The notes beneath the pieces were generated by a model. It was not told the origin of the DNA, searched no databases, and saw only the letters and a program-made list of their open reading frames with translations. The translations under genes and the position numbers were made by a program. From an uncultured delta proteobacterium (GTDB taxonomy: Bacteria > Desulfobacterota > Binatia > UBA9968): a DNA stretch of 64,000 nucleotides. The DNA is taken from the NCBI GenBank assembly GCA_963816145.1, contig CAWFJP010000003.1, positions 32,001 to 96,000 on the forward strand, read 5' to 3'. Shown piece by piece: positions 31,728 to 42,419 of this stretch (positions are counted from its first letter, which is position 1; each line of letters opens with the position of its first letter).

Positions 31728-34700
31728 TTGAAAGATTTGTTCCATCCGTTAATTCAGCGCTGGTTCACCGAGCGCTTTCACGAGCCGACGCCAGCGCAGC
31801 TCCAGGGTTGGGAGTCGATCGCCGCGGGGCAGGCGACGTTGATCGCGGCGCCGACCGGTTCCGGCAAGACTCTCGCGGCATTTCTTTGGTCCATCGACCG
31901 TTTGGTCAAGCAGGCGCTGTGCGGCGCGCTGGGTGAGCGCACCAGCGTCGTCTATGTCTCGCCTCTCAAAGCTCTTGGCAACGATATCGCCAAGAACCTA
32001 CAGGCGCCGCTGGCGGAGATCTATCAACTAGCCGGACGCGAGGGGATACTCTTGCCGTCAATCCGGGTGGCGGTGCGCTCGGGCGACACACCGGCGCAGG
32101 AGCGCCAGGCGATGGTGCGCCGGCCGCCGCATATTCTCATTACCACGCCCGAATCGCTGTATATTCTGCTCACCTCGGCGCGGAGCCGGGAGTTCCTGCG
32201 CTCGTGCGAAACTCTGATCCTCGATGAAATTCACGCCATCGCCCAGGACAAGCGCGGCGCCCACCTGGCGCTGTCCATCGAACGCTTGGCGGCCTTGGCC
32301 GAGTCGGCCGCTCCAGCGCATCGGTTTGAGCGCGACGCAAAAACCGATCGATGAAGTGGCGCGGCTCTTGGTCGGCACCAAACGGATTCGCCGTGACGGT
32401 ACGCCCGACTGTGCCATCGTCGATGTCGGTCATAAGCGCGAGATGGAACTGCGCATCGAAGTGCCGGATGAGGAGCTCGGGCCGATTATTCGCCAGGATA
32501 TCTGGGCGGCGGTTTACGACAAGCTGGTCGAACAGATCCAACTCCACCGCACAACTTTGATTTTTGTCAACACCCGGCGCCTGGTTGAGCGGGTGTCGCA
32601 TCAGCTGAGCGAACGCTTGGGCGAGGGTAAGGTTGGCGCGCACCATGGCAGTTTGTCGCGCAAGACCAGGCTGGAGGTCGAAGAGAAGCTCAAGTCTGGC
32701 CTCTATCCGGTGGTAGTTGCCACCGCTTCCCTCGAGCTCGGCATCGACATCGGCCACGTCGATGTCGTTTGCCATATCGGCGCGCCGCGCAATCTGGCGG
32801 TGTTGTTACAGCGGATCGGTCGTTCAGGCCACTGGATGGGCGCCATCCCCAAGGGGCTGTTCTATCCCTTGACGCGCGACGATCTCATGCAGTCGATTGC
32901 CGCGATCCGAGCGGTGCGGCAGGGCCAACTGGATAAGCTCAACCTGACTTACAAGCCGCTCGATATCTTGGCGCAGCAGATGGTGGCGACGGTGGCGAGT
33001 TCGGAGAATTTAACCACAAAGAGCACAAAAAGCACAAAAAAATTGCCCCCACTTTCATCCTCCCCCGCAGTGCGGGGGAGGAAAGAGGAGGGGGATGGCT
33101 TTTTAGTCAACTTCGATAAGCTCAACATGTTCGCTAGGTCGCAACACGCAACGAAGACTTCAGAAGAGGGCATTGCTGAAGAGGATCTTTGGCAACTCAT
33201 GCGTAGCGCTTATCCGTATCGCGATCTCTCCCGAAAAGAGTTCGAGGAAGTCTTGGACATGCTCTGCGAGGGAGTTGAGACTCGGCGCAGCCGGCGCAGC
33301 GCCTATATTCACCGCGATCGCATCCATGGCATGTTGCGGCCGCGGCACGGCGCGCGCTTGACGGCGATCACCAACGGCGGGGCGATCCCCGATACCGCCG
33401 ATTACAACGTTGTCGAGTTCGCCACCGAGACCTTCGTCGGCACGGTGAACGAGGATTTCGCCATCGAGAGTTTGGCCGGCGATATTTTTCTCTTAGGCAA
33501 TCGCTCCTGGCGCATCCGGCGCGTCGGTTCAGGCAAGGTCTGGGTCGACGACGCTCAAGGACTGCCGCCGAGTATTCCCTTTTGGATGGGCGAGGCGCCG
33601 GCGCGCACGGTGGAGTTGTCTCAGGCTGTATCCGACCTGCGCGCTGCGGTGGCGGAGCGGGTGGGCGACCGCACCGCAGCGGTGGCATGGCTTCTAGGCG
33701 AAGTCACGATGGCGCCGGCGGCGGCCGAGCAAATCGTCAGCTATGTTGCCGATACCGTCGCAGTCCTCGGCACCGTGCCAGGGCAGGATAAGATTATCGC
33801 CGAGCGTTTTTTCGACGAAGCCGGCGGTATGCAGTTGATTCTTCATTCGCCCTGGGGCGGTCGCGTCAACCGCGCCTGGGGCTTGGCGCTGCGCAAACGT
33901 TTTTGCGTGAGTTTCGACCGTGAGCTGCAAGCGGCGGCCACCGACGACGGCATTTGTATTTCGCTGGTCGAGCAGCATTCGTTTCCGTTAACCGATGTGT
34001 TCGCCATGCTCAAGCCGGCGATCCTCGAATACAATCTTACCCAAGCGGCGCTCGCCTCGCCGATGTTCACCAACCGCTGGCGCTGGAACGCCACCCGGGC
34101 CCTGGCGCTCAAGCGTCATAACGGCGGCAAAAAAGTTCCGGTAGCGATCCAGCGCATGCGCGCCGAAGATTTGCTCGCCGCGGTGTTTCCCGAACAAGTG
34201 ATGTGCCAAGACAACCGCAGCGGTTCTGTGGAAATCCCGGACCACCCCTTGGTGCGCGAAACCATGGGCGATTGCCTGCATGAAGCGATGGACATCGACG
34301 GCCTTTCGGCGATCCTCGCCAAGATCGACAGCGGCGCAATCCAGACGCTCGCCATCGATACGCCGGCGCCCTCGCCGATGGCCCATGAAATTTTGAACGC
34401 CAACCCCTACGCGTTTCTCGACGATGCACCGTTGGAAGAGCGCCGCGCCCGGGCGGTGTCGTTACGTCGCGTCGATCCCTGGCTGGGGCGCGAGTTCGGC
34501 CAGCTCGATCCCCAAGCGATCGCGGAAGTCTGCCGACAAGCCTGGCCCGAACCGCGCAATGCCGACGAGCTGCATGATTTGCTGTTGGGCGTTTGTCTGT
34601 TGCCGGTCGATTGGCGGCGCGATTGGCATTCCCTGGCCGCCGCGTTGATCGATACCGGCCGCGCGACCGTTGCGGCATGGCAAAATTCACAGGGCGTGCA

Positions 34701-36222
34701 GCGCGCCTATGTCGCCGCCGAGCGTGTCGATTTGATCCGAATCGCAATTCCCGAAGTGTCGATCGCTCCCGCCATCGCCTTGCCGCTCGGTTTTACCGAG
34801 ACCGTCGCGTCGGAGGAAGAGGCCGTCAAGAAAATCGTTCAAGGTTGGCTCGAAGTGAGCGGACCGGTGAGCGCCACGGCGCTCGATGCACGGCTCGGTC
34901 TGGCGCGAAATAGAGTTGACGCCGGACTTCTCGCTTTGGAGAGCGCCGGGGTGGCGATGCGCGGCCAATTCACCGGAAAATTTCTTGGCCCCCAAAATGC
35001 CGAAGACGTCGAGTGGTGCGACCGGGTTTTGCTGGCACGCATCCATCGATTGACTCTGGGAAAGTTGCGCCGCGAAGTTGAACCGGTATCGGCCGCCGAC
35101 TTTATCAAGTTTCTCACCCATTGGCAGCATGCCACACCCGGTGCCAGACTGCGCGGCCGAGACGGTGTGTTGCGCGTCATCGAACAGCTGCAAGGCTTAG
35201 AACTACCGGCGCCCGCCTGGGAGCAGCATGTGCTGCCGGCGCGCATCGAAAACTACGATCCGGCCGATCTCGAACACCTTTGCTTGAGCGGCATCGTCGC
35301 CTGGGGGCGGTTGCGCAACGATACCATGCCCGAAGAACTCCGCGGCGGCCCAAAGACTTCGCCGGGCAAGCGCATGAAACGACTGCTGGCGCCGGCGCGC
35401 AACGCGCCCATCGCGTTTTTGCTGCGCGAGGAAATGGCAAACTATCTGGAGCCGCTACACAGCGAATTCAAGAACATACCAAGTCTATCGACGATGGCTT
35501 TGGAAGTGGCGCGCTATCTTGATCAGCACGGCGCGTCGTTTCTTGTCGATATCGCCAAAGAAACCGGTCTGTTGAAAGTCAAAGTTGAAGAAGCTCTCTG
35601 GCAACTGGTCGCCCATGGACTAGCCACCGGCGACGGCATCGCCGGGTTGCGCGTCCTGTTAACTGCGGAACAGAAGCGGGTCGGCCGGCGGCGCAGTTTG
35701 CGGCTCATCAGCGGCGGCCGCAATCCAGAGCGGGCGATGCCGGTGGGGCGGTGGTCGCTCTGGCGCACAAAAATTTCTCAACTGGATGTTAGCGACGAGA
35801 GCCGGATGGAACGGCAAGCGCGTCAGCTGTTACAGCGCTACGGCGTGATGTTTCGCGATTTGTTGGCGCGGGAATCGTTTAGTGGAAGTTGGCGCAACTT
35901 TTTGACGATCTATCGCCGCTGGGAAGCGCGCGGCGAGATCCGCGGCGGGCGTTTCGTCAACGGTTTCGTCGGCGAGCAATTTGCCTTGCCGGAAGCGGTG
36001 CAGCGCTTGCGCGAGCTCCGGCGCGGCAAAAACGAGGCGAACGAGCTACTGATTGCTGCCGGCGATCCATTGAATTTAGCCGGAATTTTGACCCCCGGGG
36101 CGCGCATCTCACCCTATTCGAACCAAATGATCGCTTACCGCAACGGTGCTCTGATCGACTCTGGCTTCTTGGGTGAACTGGTGAGCCGGCTGCAACCGTC
36201 AGAAGGTCGTAATCTGACTTGA
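31728..36222 (+). pseudogene. lhr: Lhr-family SF2 helicase (large form) split by a +1 frameshift near 32304 (real lesion or assembly error)
   Basis: APTGSGKTLAAF, YVSPLKAL, TTPESLY and DEIH in the first frame; GLSATQKP, HHGSLS, SLELGIDIG, QRIGRSGH and the C-terminal GRFV...GEQFA in the second. Deleting T32304 gives ...LAALAERPLQRIGLSAT. Confidence 0.88.
33046..33094. repeat. Palindromic REP-like element inside the lhr reading frame
   Basis: TCCTCCCCCGCA-G-TGCGGGGGAGGA perfect 12-bp inverted repeat (33058-33082) with imperfect outer arms. Confidence 0.75.
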
Positions 36223-36340
36223 ATTCTGCCTATGACTTAAGGCGCAAGTTGCGGGCGAAAATTGCCCGGTGTTAGCCAAGTGTATAAAAACTGGAAGGTG
36301 AATACCGGGAACTTTCAACTTCCGGTTTGCATCGATCCGA

Positions 36341-36655
36341 TTACGCGGAAAATGGCTTGCTTTGCTCGACACGACCGCTGGCGCCATTGACCTTGCCGGA
36401 CATGGGCGAGCTCAATACTTCTTTTAAAACGCGAATCTCCACAATATCTTCCTGCAACCGGGTCAAACCTTCTTTGGCGCGGTGAATTTCCGCGAGCATC
36501 GAGTCCAATTCACCAATCGTGATGGTTTCCAAGGCTTGGCGAATCTTGCGGTTCATGCCGAAGAGATTCTGCACGCCGCCTTTGTCGGAGATTTTGTTGT
36601 CGAGTTCGGTGTAAACGCGGGTCACGCCTTCCATCTGGCCTTTAACGTCGTCCAT
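36341..36655 (-). CDS. Hypothetical helical/coiled-coil protein (104 aa)
   Basis: AGGAGGA RBS before ATG 36655; amphipathic helices. Confidence 0.7.
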   Translation of the reverse strand: MDDVKGQMEGVTRVYTELDNKISDKGGVQNLFGMNRKIRQALETITIGELDSMLAEIHRAKEGLTRLQEDIVEIRVLKEVLSSPMSGKVNGASGRVEQSKPFSA

Positions 36656-36837
36656 GGGATTCCTCCTGAGATGCTTGCGGTGAAACTTAGCTTGATGTAA
36701 CTCTCTCTCAATCATAGTTGTGATGCGAAAACAAGAAGTGATTGCGTCAATGAAAAATCTTGAGCAACTCAAAGCCGTTAGCGATGGGGGCAAAAAAGTT
36801 TTTGTTGCTTTCATCGAAGCGAGATAGGAATAATTGC

Positions 36838-39063
36838 ATGAACCAGATGCGTAGCATTGGCATTCCGAGTCCGCGCGTCGAAGGCGAGCATAAGGTCAGC
36901 GGTGTCGCCCAATACGCTGTCGATGTCAATTTACCCGATATGCTGTGGGCAAAAGTATTGCGCAGCCCGCTCGCCCACGCACGGATCAAGAAGATCGATG
37001 TTGCCAAAGCGCGCGCGCTGCCTGGCGTCGTCGCGCTGTTGACCGGCGCCGACCTCGCCGGCGCCAAGATCGGCAAGAAAATTATCGACATGCCGCTACT
37101 TGCCGACGGCGTGGCGCGTTTTATGGGCGAGAAAATCGCCGCGGTGGCTGCAAAAAGCGAAGAGATCGCCGAGGCGGCGCTCGATTTGATCGAAGTCGAG
37201 TATGAAGAACTGCCGGTAATCATCGACCCGCTGGAAGCCGCCCGACCCGGGGCGCCGTTGATTCATCCCGATGTCGCCGATTACAAAGGGCTGCTGCACA
37301 AGATCGACACGCCGAGCAACGTATGCGTCAGTCTAACTTGGAAAAAAGGTGTGGTGGAAGAGGGCTTTCACCAATCTGATTTGATCGTTGAGAATACCTA
37401 TCGTGTGCCGGCGATCCATCAGGCTTATATCGAGCCGCATTCTTCCATCGTGCGCGTCAATGCGGACGCCACGGCGGACATCTGGTCCTCGAACAAGAGT
37501 CCATTCGGCATGCGCGATGCGGTAGCCAACACGCTGCAGATCGCGCCGGCGGGTCTGATCATTCATTCTTGCTATGTCGGCGGCGATTTCGGCGGCAAAG
37601 GCGATGGCAACGATGTCGCGCTTTGTTACGCCCTGGCTAAACGAGCCGGCCGACCGGTAAAACTCTTGATCGATTACACTGAAGAGCTGACCGCCGGCAA
37701 TCCACGCCACGGCGCGGTGATCAAGATCAAGACCGGCGTGAAGCGAAACGGCTTGATGATCGCCGAGCAGATCGAGTTTTACTTCGACAGCGGTGCCTAC
37801 GGTTCTTACCGGCCGCAGGGCTATTTGGTCGGTGCGCACGATACGCCTGGCCCTTATCGCGTCCCCAACTGCTTGATTGAAGAAAAATATGTCTACACCA
37901 ATACGATGCCGGCGGGGTACATGCGCGCTCCGGGGCACCTCCAAGGCATGTTTGCATCCGAGAGCCACATGGACGTCGTCGCCAAGCGCTTGAACATGAA
38001 TCCCATCGAGTTTCGCCGGATGAATTTCATGCACGATGGCGACCCGTCGCCGTTGGGGCATGTAATCCCGCATGTCAAAGCGACTGAGACGCTCGCTCGC
38101 GCAGTCGAAGCGTCGGGGTTCGCCAAGCCCAAGCGAAAAAATAGCGGCCGGGGCTGCGCTGTCGGCGACTGGGTTTCCAAGGGCGGCGAGTCTTACGCGC
38201 GGATTAAGATTGACGAGGAAGGTGCGATAACTTTGTCTTCGGCGGTCACCGATACCGGTCCCGGTGTCTTCACGATGATGCGCCAGATCGTCGGCGAAGA
38301 GCTGAAAGTACCGCTCGATGCCATTGCAGTTGAAATGCTGGATGCCGATAAAGTCGTCAAAGATACCGGCGTGCGCGGCAGCAGCAGCACCCGTGTCCAT
38401 GGCGGCTCGGCGTTAGATGCCTCGCAGCGGGCGCGCGAGGAGATTCTCAAGACAGCCGCGGCGGCGATGCAGGCGACGCCCGAGGAGTTGATGCTGTTCG
38501 ACGGCGGGGTGACCCACGGCCGTGCCGAGCGACGCATGACCTACGGCGAGATCGCGCGCGCCAATGGCGGCCCGATTTTGGTCGAAGGTCATTACGCCAA
38601 TATGTCGGACGGTCCGGAAGCCTCTCTGGTCGCCCAAGTCGCCGAAGTCGAAGTGGACGAGGAAACCGGCGAGGTGCGGGTGATTAAATTAACCACCGCG
38701 CATAATACTGGCGCGATTCTCAACCCGCTGACCCACCAAGGGCAGATCGACGGTGCGCTGGCGATGGGATTCGGCTACGGTTTGATCGAACACCTCGGCT
38801 ACGACGAGAGCGGCAAAGTTTTGGCGGCGAATCTCGGCGAATACAAAATTCCCAACATCAAGGATATACCGCCGCTGCAGACAACTATCCTGCAGTCGGA
38901 TTTCGGCAGCGGGCCGTACAACAGCATGAGCATCGGCGAGACCGCTTTGATACCCACCGCGGCGGCCATCGCCAACGCGGTGGCGGATGCCGTCGGCGTG
39001 CGGATTACGTCGCTGCCGATTACCGCTGAGAAGGTACTCAACGCGCTAAAGGGACGGGGATAG
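36838..39063 (+). CDS. Xanthine dehydrogenase/CoxL-family molybdopterin-binding large subunit
   Basis: LRSPLAHARI, QAYIEPH, VGGDFGGK, MRAPG, GQIDGA, IGE...PTAAAIANAVADA. Confidence 0.92.
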   Translation: MNQMRSIGIPSPRVEGEHKVSGVAQYAVDVNLPDMLWAKVLRSPLAHARIKKIDVAKARALPGVVALLTGADLAGAKIGKKIIDMPLLADGVARFMGEKIAAVAAKSEEIAEAALDLIEVEYEELPVIIDPLEAARPGAPLIHPDVADYKGLLHKIDTPSNVCVSLTWKKGVVEEGFHQSDLIVENTYRVPAIHQAYIEPHSSIVRVNADATADIWSSNKSPFGMRDAVANTLQIAPAGLIIHSCYVGGDFGGKGDGNDVALCYALAKRAGRPVKLLIDYTEELTAGNPRHGAVIKIKTGVKRNGLMIAEQIEFYFDSGAYGSYRPQGYLVGAHDTPGPYRVPNCLIEEKYVYTNTMPAGYMRAPGHLQGMFASESHMDVVAKRLNMNPIEFRRMNFMHDGDPSPLGHVIPHVKATETLARAVEASGFAKPKRKNSGRGCAVGDWVSKGGESYARIKIDEEGAITLSSAVTDTGPGVFTMMRQIVGEELKVPLDAIAVEMLDADKVVKDTGVRGSSSTRVHGGSALDASQRAREEILKTAAAAMQATPEELMLFDGGVTHGRAERRMTYGEIARANGGPILVEGHYANMSDGPEASLVAQVAEVEVDEETGEVRVIKLTTAHNTGAILNPLTHQGQIDGALAMGFGYGLIEHLGYDESGKVLAANLGEYKIPNIKDIPPLQTTILQSDFGSGPYNSMSIGETALIPTAAAIANAVADAVGVRITSLPITAEKVLNALKGRG

Positions 39064-39083
39064 GCAGAGGGACGAGTGAGTTA

Positions 39084-39506
39084 GTGATCAGCGATTTAGA
39101 GACGCTAAAGCAAGACAAGAACCATGGCGCACTTTCCAACGGCATGACCGGAAACGATATCAGCCCTCTGGAGCGGTTGATCAACGCAACCAGGAATTCG
39201 CTGAGCGGGCTGAGCCGCGCCTGGCGATCCGAGGCGGCGCTGCGCTATGAGATCTATGTTTTAGTTATCGCGCTACCGACGGGGTGGGTACTGGGGCGCA
39301 ACGCGATCGAGCGCGCGCTCATGATCGCCAGTGCGCTTCTGGTTGTCATTGTCGAAGTGCTTAACACGGCCATCGAGGCGGTGGTCGACCGCATCGGCCC
39401 GGATCGCCACGACTTGTCCGCCTTGGCAAAGGATTTGGGTTCCGCCGGGGTTTTATGTTCGATCGTTTTAGCAACTGCAGTTTGGGGGATCCTGCTGTTC
39501 GGTTAG
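39084..39506 (+). CDS. dgkA: Diacylglycerol kinase (membrane, DgkA type); start may be 39144
   Basis: EAALRYE, EVLNTAIEAVVDR, AKDLGS. Confidence 0.9.
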   Translation: MISDLETLKQDKNHGALSNGMTGNDISPLERLINATRNSLSGLSRAWRSEAALRYEIYVLVIALPTGWVLGRNAIERALMIASALLVVIVEVLNTAIEAVVDRIGPDRHDLSALAKDLGSAGVLCSIVLATAVWGILLFG

Positions 39507-39539
39507 GTGAAGTGCAATACTAAACAAATAGGTGAGGAG

Positions 39540-40142
39540 ATGAATACTTTCAAAGGATTGTCCAAGGTCGGTTTAGCGTTGGTGTTGATGGTACATCTCA
39601 GTGGAACGCCGGCACTCTCGGGGGAACCGTTGGAGCTGGTCAAGTCTTCGGGCGAAAAGGTTATTGCTATACTGAAAGATCCCAAGCTGAAGGCGCCGGA
39701 CAAGAAACAAGAGCGGGTGGAGCGGTTGAAGGAGATTATCAACCCGATTTTCGACTATGATGAAATGGCGCGTCGCACCCTGGGCGCGCACTGGCGCCGG
39801 CGCACGCCGGCGGAGCAGCAGGAGTTTCTCAGACTGTTTCACGCTTTCCTGGAGAAAGTTTATTCCGAGAAGCTCGATCTCTACGCGGGCGCGGGAGCGG
39901 TTTTTGGCCGCGAAACCATCGAACAGGACTACGCCGAGGTTGAATCGAAGGTGACCAATGGCAAAGGCGAAGAGAGCCCGGTACTCTACCGTTTGAAGCG
40001 CGCCGACGGCAAGTGGAAAGTCTACGACGCCGTGGTTGAAAACATCAGTATCGTCAACAACTACCGTTCGCAGTTCGACCGCGTGATCACCAAATCATCC
40101 TTTGATGAATTGAAGAAGATGTTGCGGGAAAAGGGCGCTTGA
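39540..40142 (+). CDS. MlaC/Ttg2D phospholipid-binding periplasmic protein
   Basis: Signal peptide, FDYDEMARRTLG.HW, WKVYD..VENISIVNNYRSQF; GAGGAG RBS. Confidence 0.9.
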   Translation: MNTFKGLSKVGLALVLMVHLSGTPALSGEPLELVKSSGEKVIAILKDPKLKAPDKKQERVERLKEIINPIFDYDEMARRTLGAHWRRRTPAEQQEFLRLFHAFLEKVYSEKLDLYAGAGAVFGRETIEQDYAEVESKVTNGKGEESPVLYRLKRADGKWKVYDAVVENISIVNNYRSQFDRVITKSSFDELKKMLREKGA

Positions 40143-40167
40143 GCCGGGCGGTTCAATTATCCTTCTT

Positions 40168-40659
40168 CTATCGCGCCGCCGAATTATTCCGCCGACCATG
40201 CAATTTCACAAACAGTTCATAGAACGATCCTAGACTGCGCTCTTCCAACTCTGGATAGCCTGCCTTATTGCGCGCCAAGATCGTGAAACTGAGCTGTTTT
40301 TTGTGCAACTCAATCAGCTCGGCATTTCTGGTTTCCAGATAGGCGCCGACGGTGCGCAGGGTGTTGGGCAGACTGTGAAAGTCCGGGAGCCGATGGCTTT
40401 TTGTCCGGTTGGCCGATCCCTGGCGGTCGAGTTCGTCGAGATCTTGGTTCGTATACGTTAGCGAAGTTGTCATGCCTTCACTGCGCAGCCGTTTCTGCCA
40501 GTAGCGCAGTGTCGATAAGAGCGATGTTTCTTTTTCCGGCTCGCCGCGCACTGTGTAGTTCTCGCCTTGATGAGTTAGTTCGAATACCCAGATTCGCTGC
40601 GCTTCGAGGGATTGGCCGATGCTGCGCAGTTGCCGTTCGTAGGATGGTCTGTTCGCCAT
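40168..40659 (-). CDS. Hypothetical protein with an internal duplication
   Basis: Two similar halves: LRSIGQSLEAQRIWVFEL and LRTVGAYLETRNAELIEL. Confidence 0.7.
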   Translation of the reverse strand: MANRPSYERQLRSIGQSLEAQRIWVFELTHQGENYTVRGEPEKETSLLSTLRYWQKRLRSEGMTTSLTYTNQDLDELDRQGSANRTKSHRLPDFHSLPNTLRTVGAYLETRNAELIELHKKQLSFTILARNKAGYPELEERSLGSFYELFVKLHGRRNNSAAR

Positions 40660-40770
40660 TGATGAATCCTCATTCATCGCAGATTGGCGCCCGGTGTAAG
40701 GTCGAGATGCTCGCCACCCGCGTCATAGCACTGTCGTTCCATTGCTGACAAGAGCTAAACCGGCGATTTG

Positions 40771-40799
40771 TTGACAAGGTTTAGGGCTGAACGTAAGGT
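40771..40799 (+). promoter_or_regulatory. Putative sigma70 promoter for the UbiD-family gene
   Basis: TTGACA-N17-TAAGGT, followed by an AGGAGG RBS. Confidence 0.55.
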
Positions 40800-40840
40800 G
40801 GACCAACTTCAATTTTGCTGTCAATTGTCAGGAGGATTTC

Positions 40841-42310
40841 ATGGCACGACCGGAACGAGTTGGCGCGAGCCATAGCACAGTGACTTATCGCGGACTCCGC
40901 GACTGGATAGACCAGGTCGATAAAATGGAGGAGTTGCTGCAAGTTAACGGTGCCCACTGGGACCGCGAGATGGGCGCGATCACGCAGATGCTCACGGAAG
41001 GCGGCAAGGGTAAAGCGCCGGCCATCTTATTCGATGAAGTGCCGGATTATCCGAAAGGCTACCGGACGTTGTACGGCCAATTTTCAACCATCAAACGAGT
41101 TGCCTTAACTCTCGGTTTGCCGCTCGAGTACGAACATAAAGCCGATATCGTCAAGGCCTACCACCATGTCATGACCGACATGAAGTTGCTCAAACCCAAG
41201 ATGGTCAAGACCGGACCGATCTTCGAAAACGTTTTGGAGGGCGATAAGGTCGACGTGCTCAAGCTGCCGGTGCCGATCCACCATCAGCGCGATACCCACC
41301 GGTATGTCGGCACGGCGGATATGTGCATCACCAAGGACCCGGATGCCGAGTGGTACAACTTCGGCGCCTATCGCTGCGAAGTCTACGACGGCAAAACCAT
41401 CGGCTGCCAGATCACCGAGGGCAAGCATGGCCGCATTCACCGCGACAAATACTTCGAGCGCGGCCAGAGCTGCAAGTTCGCTATCGTCTGCGGCCAAGAT
41501 CCGCTGCTCTATATGCTCTCCGCCAGTCCTTTGCCGTCGGGAGTTTCCGAATACGATTTCGCCGGCGGCATCCGCGGCGAGCCGGTGGAAGTCGTCAAGG
41601 GTCCGTACACCGGCTTTCCGATTCCCGCCGACGCCGAGATCGTCATCGAAGGCGAGGCGGTGCCGGGAAAGAGCCAGCCCGAAGGGCCGTTCGGCGAGTG
41701 GATGGGCTACTATTCCGACGACGTCGTGCCGCGCCCCTATCTCGATGTTAAAACGGTCATGTACCGCAACAATCCGATCCTCACCTGCGCGCCGCAGCAT
41801 AAGCCGGTGGACGAGACCGGCCTGCTCAAAGGCATTGCCGGCGCGGCGGAGATTTGGAATGCGCTCGAAGCCTGCGGTCTCCCCGACATCCTCGGCGTTT
41901 GGAATCACGAAGGCGCTCCGGCGACCCGTTTTACGGCGATCCAAATTCGCCAGCGTTATCCCGGCCATGCTCGCAACGTCTTGCATGTGGCATCCAATTG
42001 CATGGCCGGCGCCTACAACGGCAAATGGACGGTAGTTGTCGATGACGATGTCGACTGCTCCGATATCGATCAAGTGCTGTGGGCCATGGGCACACGCTTC
42101 GACCCAATCACCGATATCGATTTGGTGCAGAAGGCCTGGTCTTCCGGGCGCGATCCAATGTTTTTGCCGGGCAATTTCAACAACCGGATATTGATCGACG
42201 CCTGCCAGCCTTATAACCGAAAGTTAAAGGGCGAGTTTCCCAAGGTCGTCGAGGTGCCGGAGGACTACCGGGCGAAAATGAAGGCGAAATTTCCGCAGCT
42301 CTTCAAATAA
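40841..42310 (+). CDS. UbiD-family (prFMN-dependent) decarboxylase
   Basis: LRDWID, NFGAYR, SEYDFAGG, AEIVIEG, catalytic EGPFGE, VVDDDVD, VLWAMGTR. Confidence 0.92.
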   Translation: MARPERVGASHSTVTYRGLRDWIDQVDKMEELLQVNGAHWDREMGAITQMLTEGGKGKAPAILFDEVPDYPKGYRTLYGQFSTIKRVALTLGLPLEYEHKADIVKAYHHVMTDMKLLKPKMVKTGPIFENVLEGDKVDVLKLPVPIHHQRDTHRYVGTADMCITKDPDAEWYNFGAYRCEVYDGKTIGCQITEGKHGRIHRDKYFERGQSCKFAIVCGQDPLLYMLSASPLPSGVSEYDFAGGIRGEPVEVVKGPYTGFPIPADAEIVIEGEAVPGKSQPEGPFGEWMGYYSDDVVPRPYLDVKTVMYRNNPILTCAPQHKPVDETGLLKGIAGAAEIWNALEACGLPDILGVWNHEGAPATRFTAIQIRQRYPGHARNVLHVASNCMAGAYNGKWTVVVDDDVDCSDIDQVLWAMGTRFDPITDIDLVQKAWSSGRDPMFLPGNFNNRILIDACQPYNRKLKGEFPKVVEVPEDYRAKMKAKFPQLFK

Positions 42311-42318
42311 CGAAGACG

Positions 42319-42412
42319 GTTCCAGCCGTCCCAATCGTTCCAGAGGTTCCAATGGTAAAACCGGAATCTCCGAAACAAATGGAACGACTGGAACCGTTGG
42401 AACGATTGGAAC
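42319..42412. repeat. Inverted array of 9-mers (GTTCCAnnn x4 ... TGGAACnnn x4)
   Basis: gttccagcc gtcccaatc gttccagag gttccaatg ... tggaacgac tggaaccgt tggaacgat tggaac; fills the intergenic gap. Confidence 0.8.
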
Positions 42413-42419
42413 TGATTTT

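Noticed and set aside
36838-39063. Aerobic CO dehydrogenase (form I CoxL)
   Set aside because: The AYxCSFR active-site motif is absent and there are no adjacent coxMS or accessory genes.
42319-42412. CRISPR array
   Set aside because: The units are 9 nt, contiguous and inverted, with no spacers and no cas genes. The same applies to 63720-63791 and 19980-20010.
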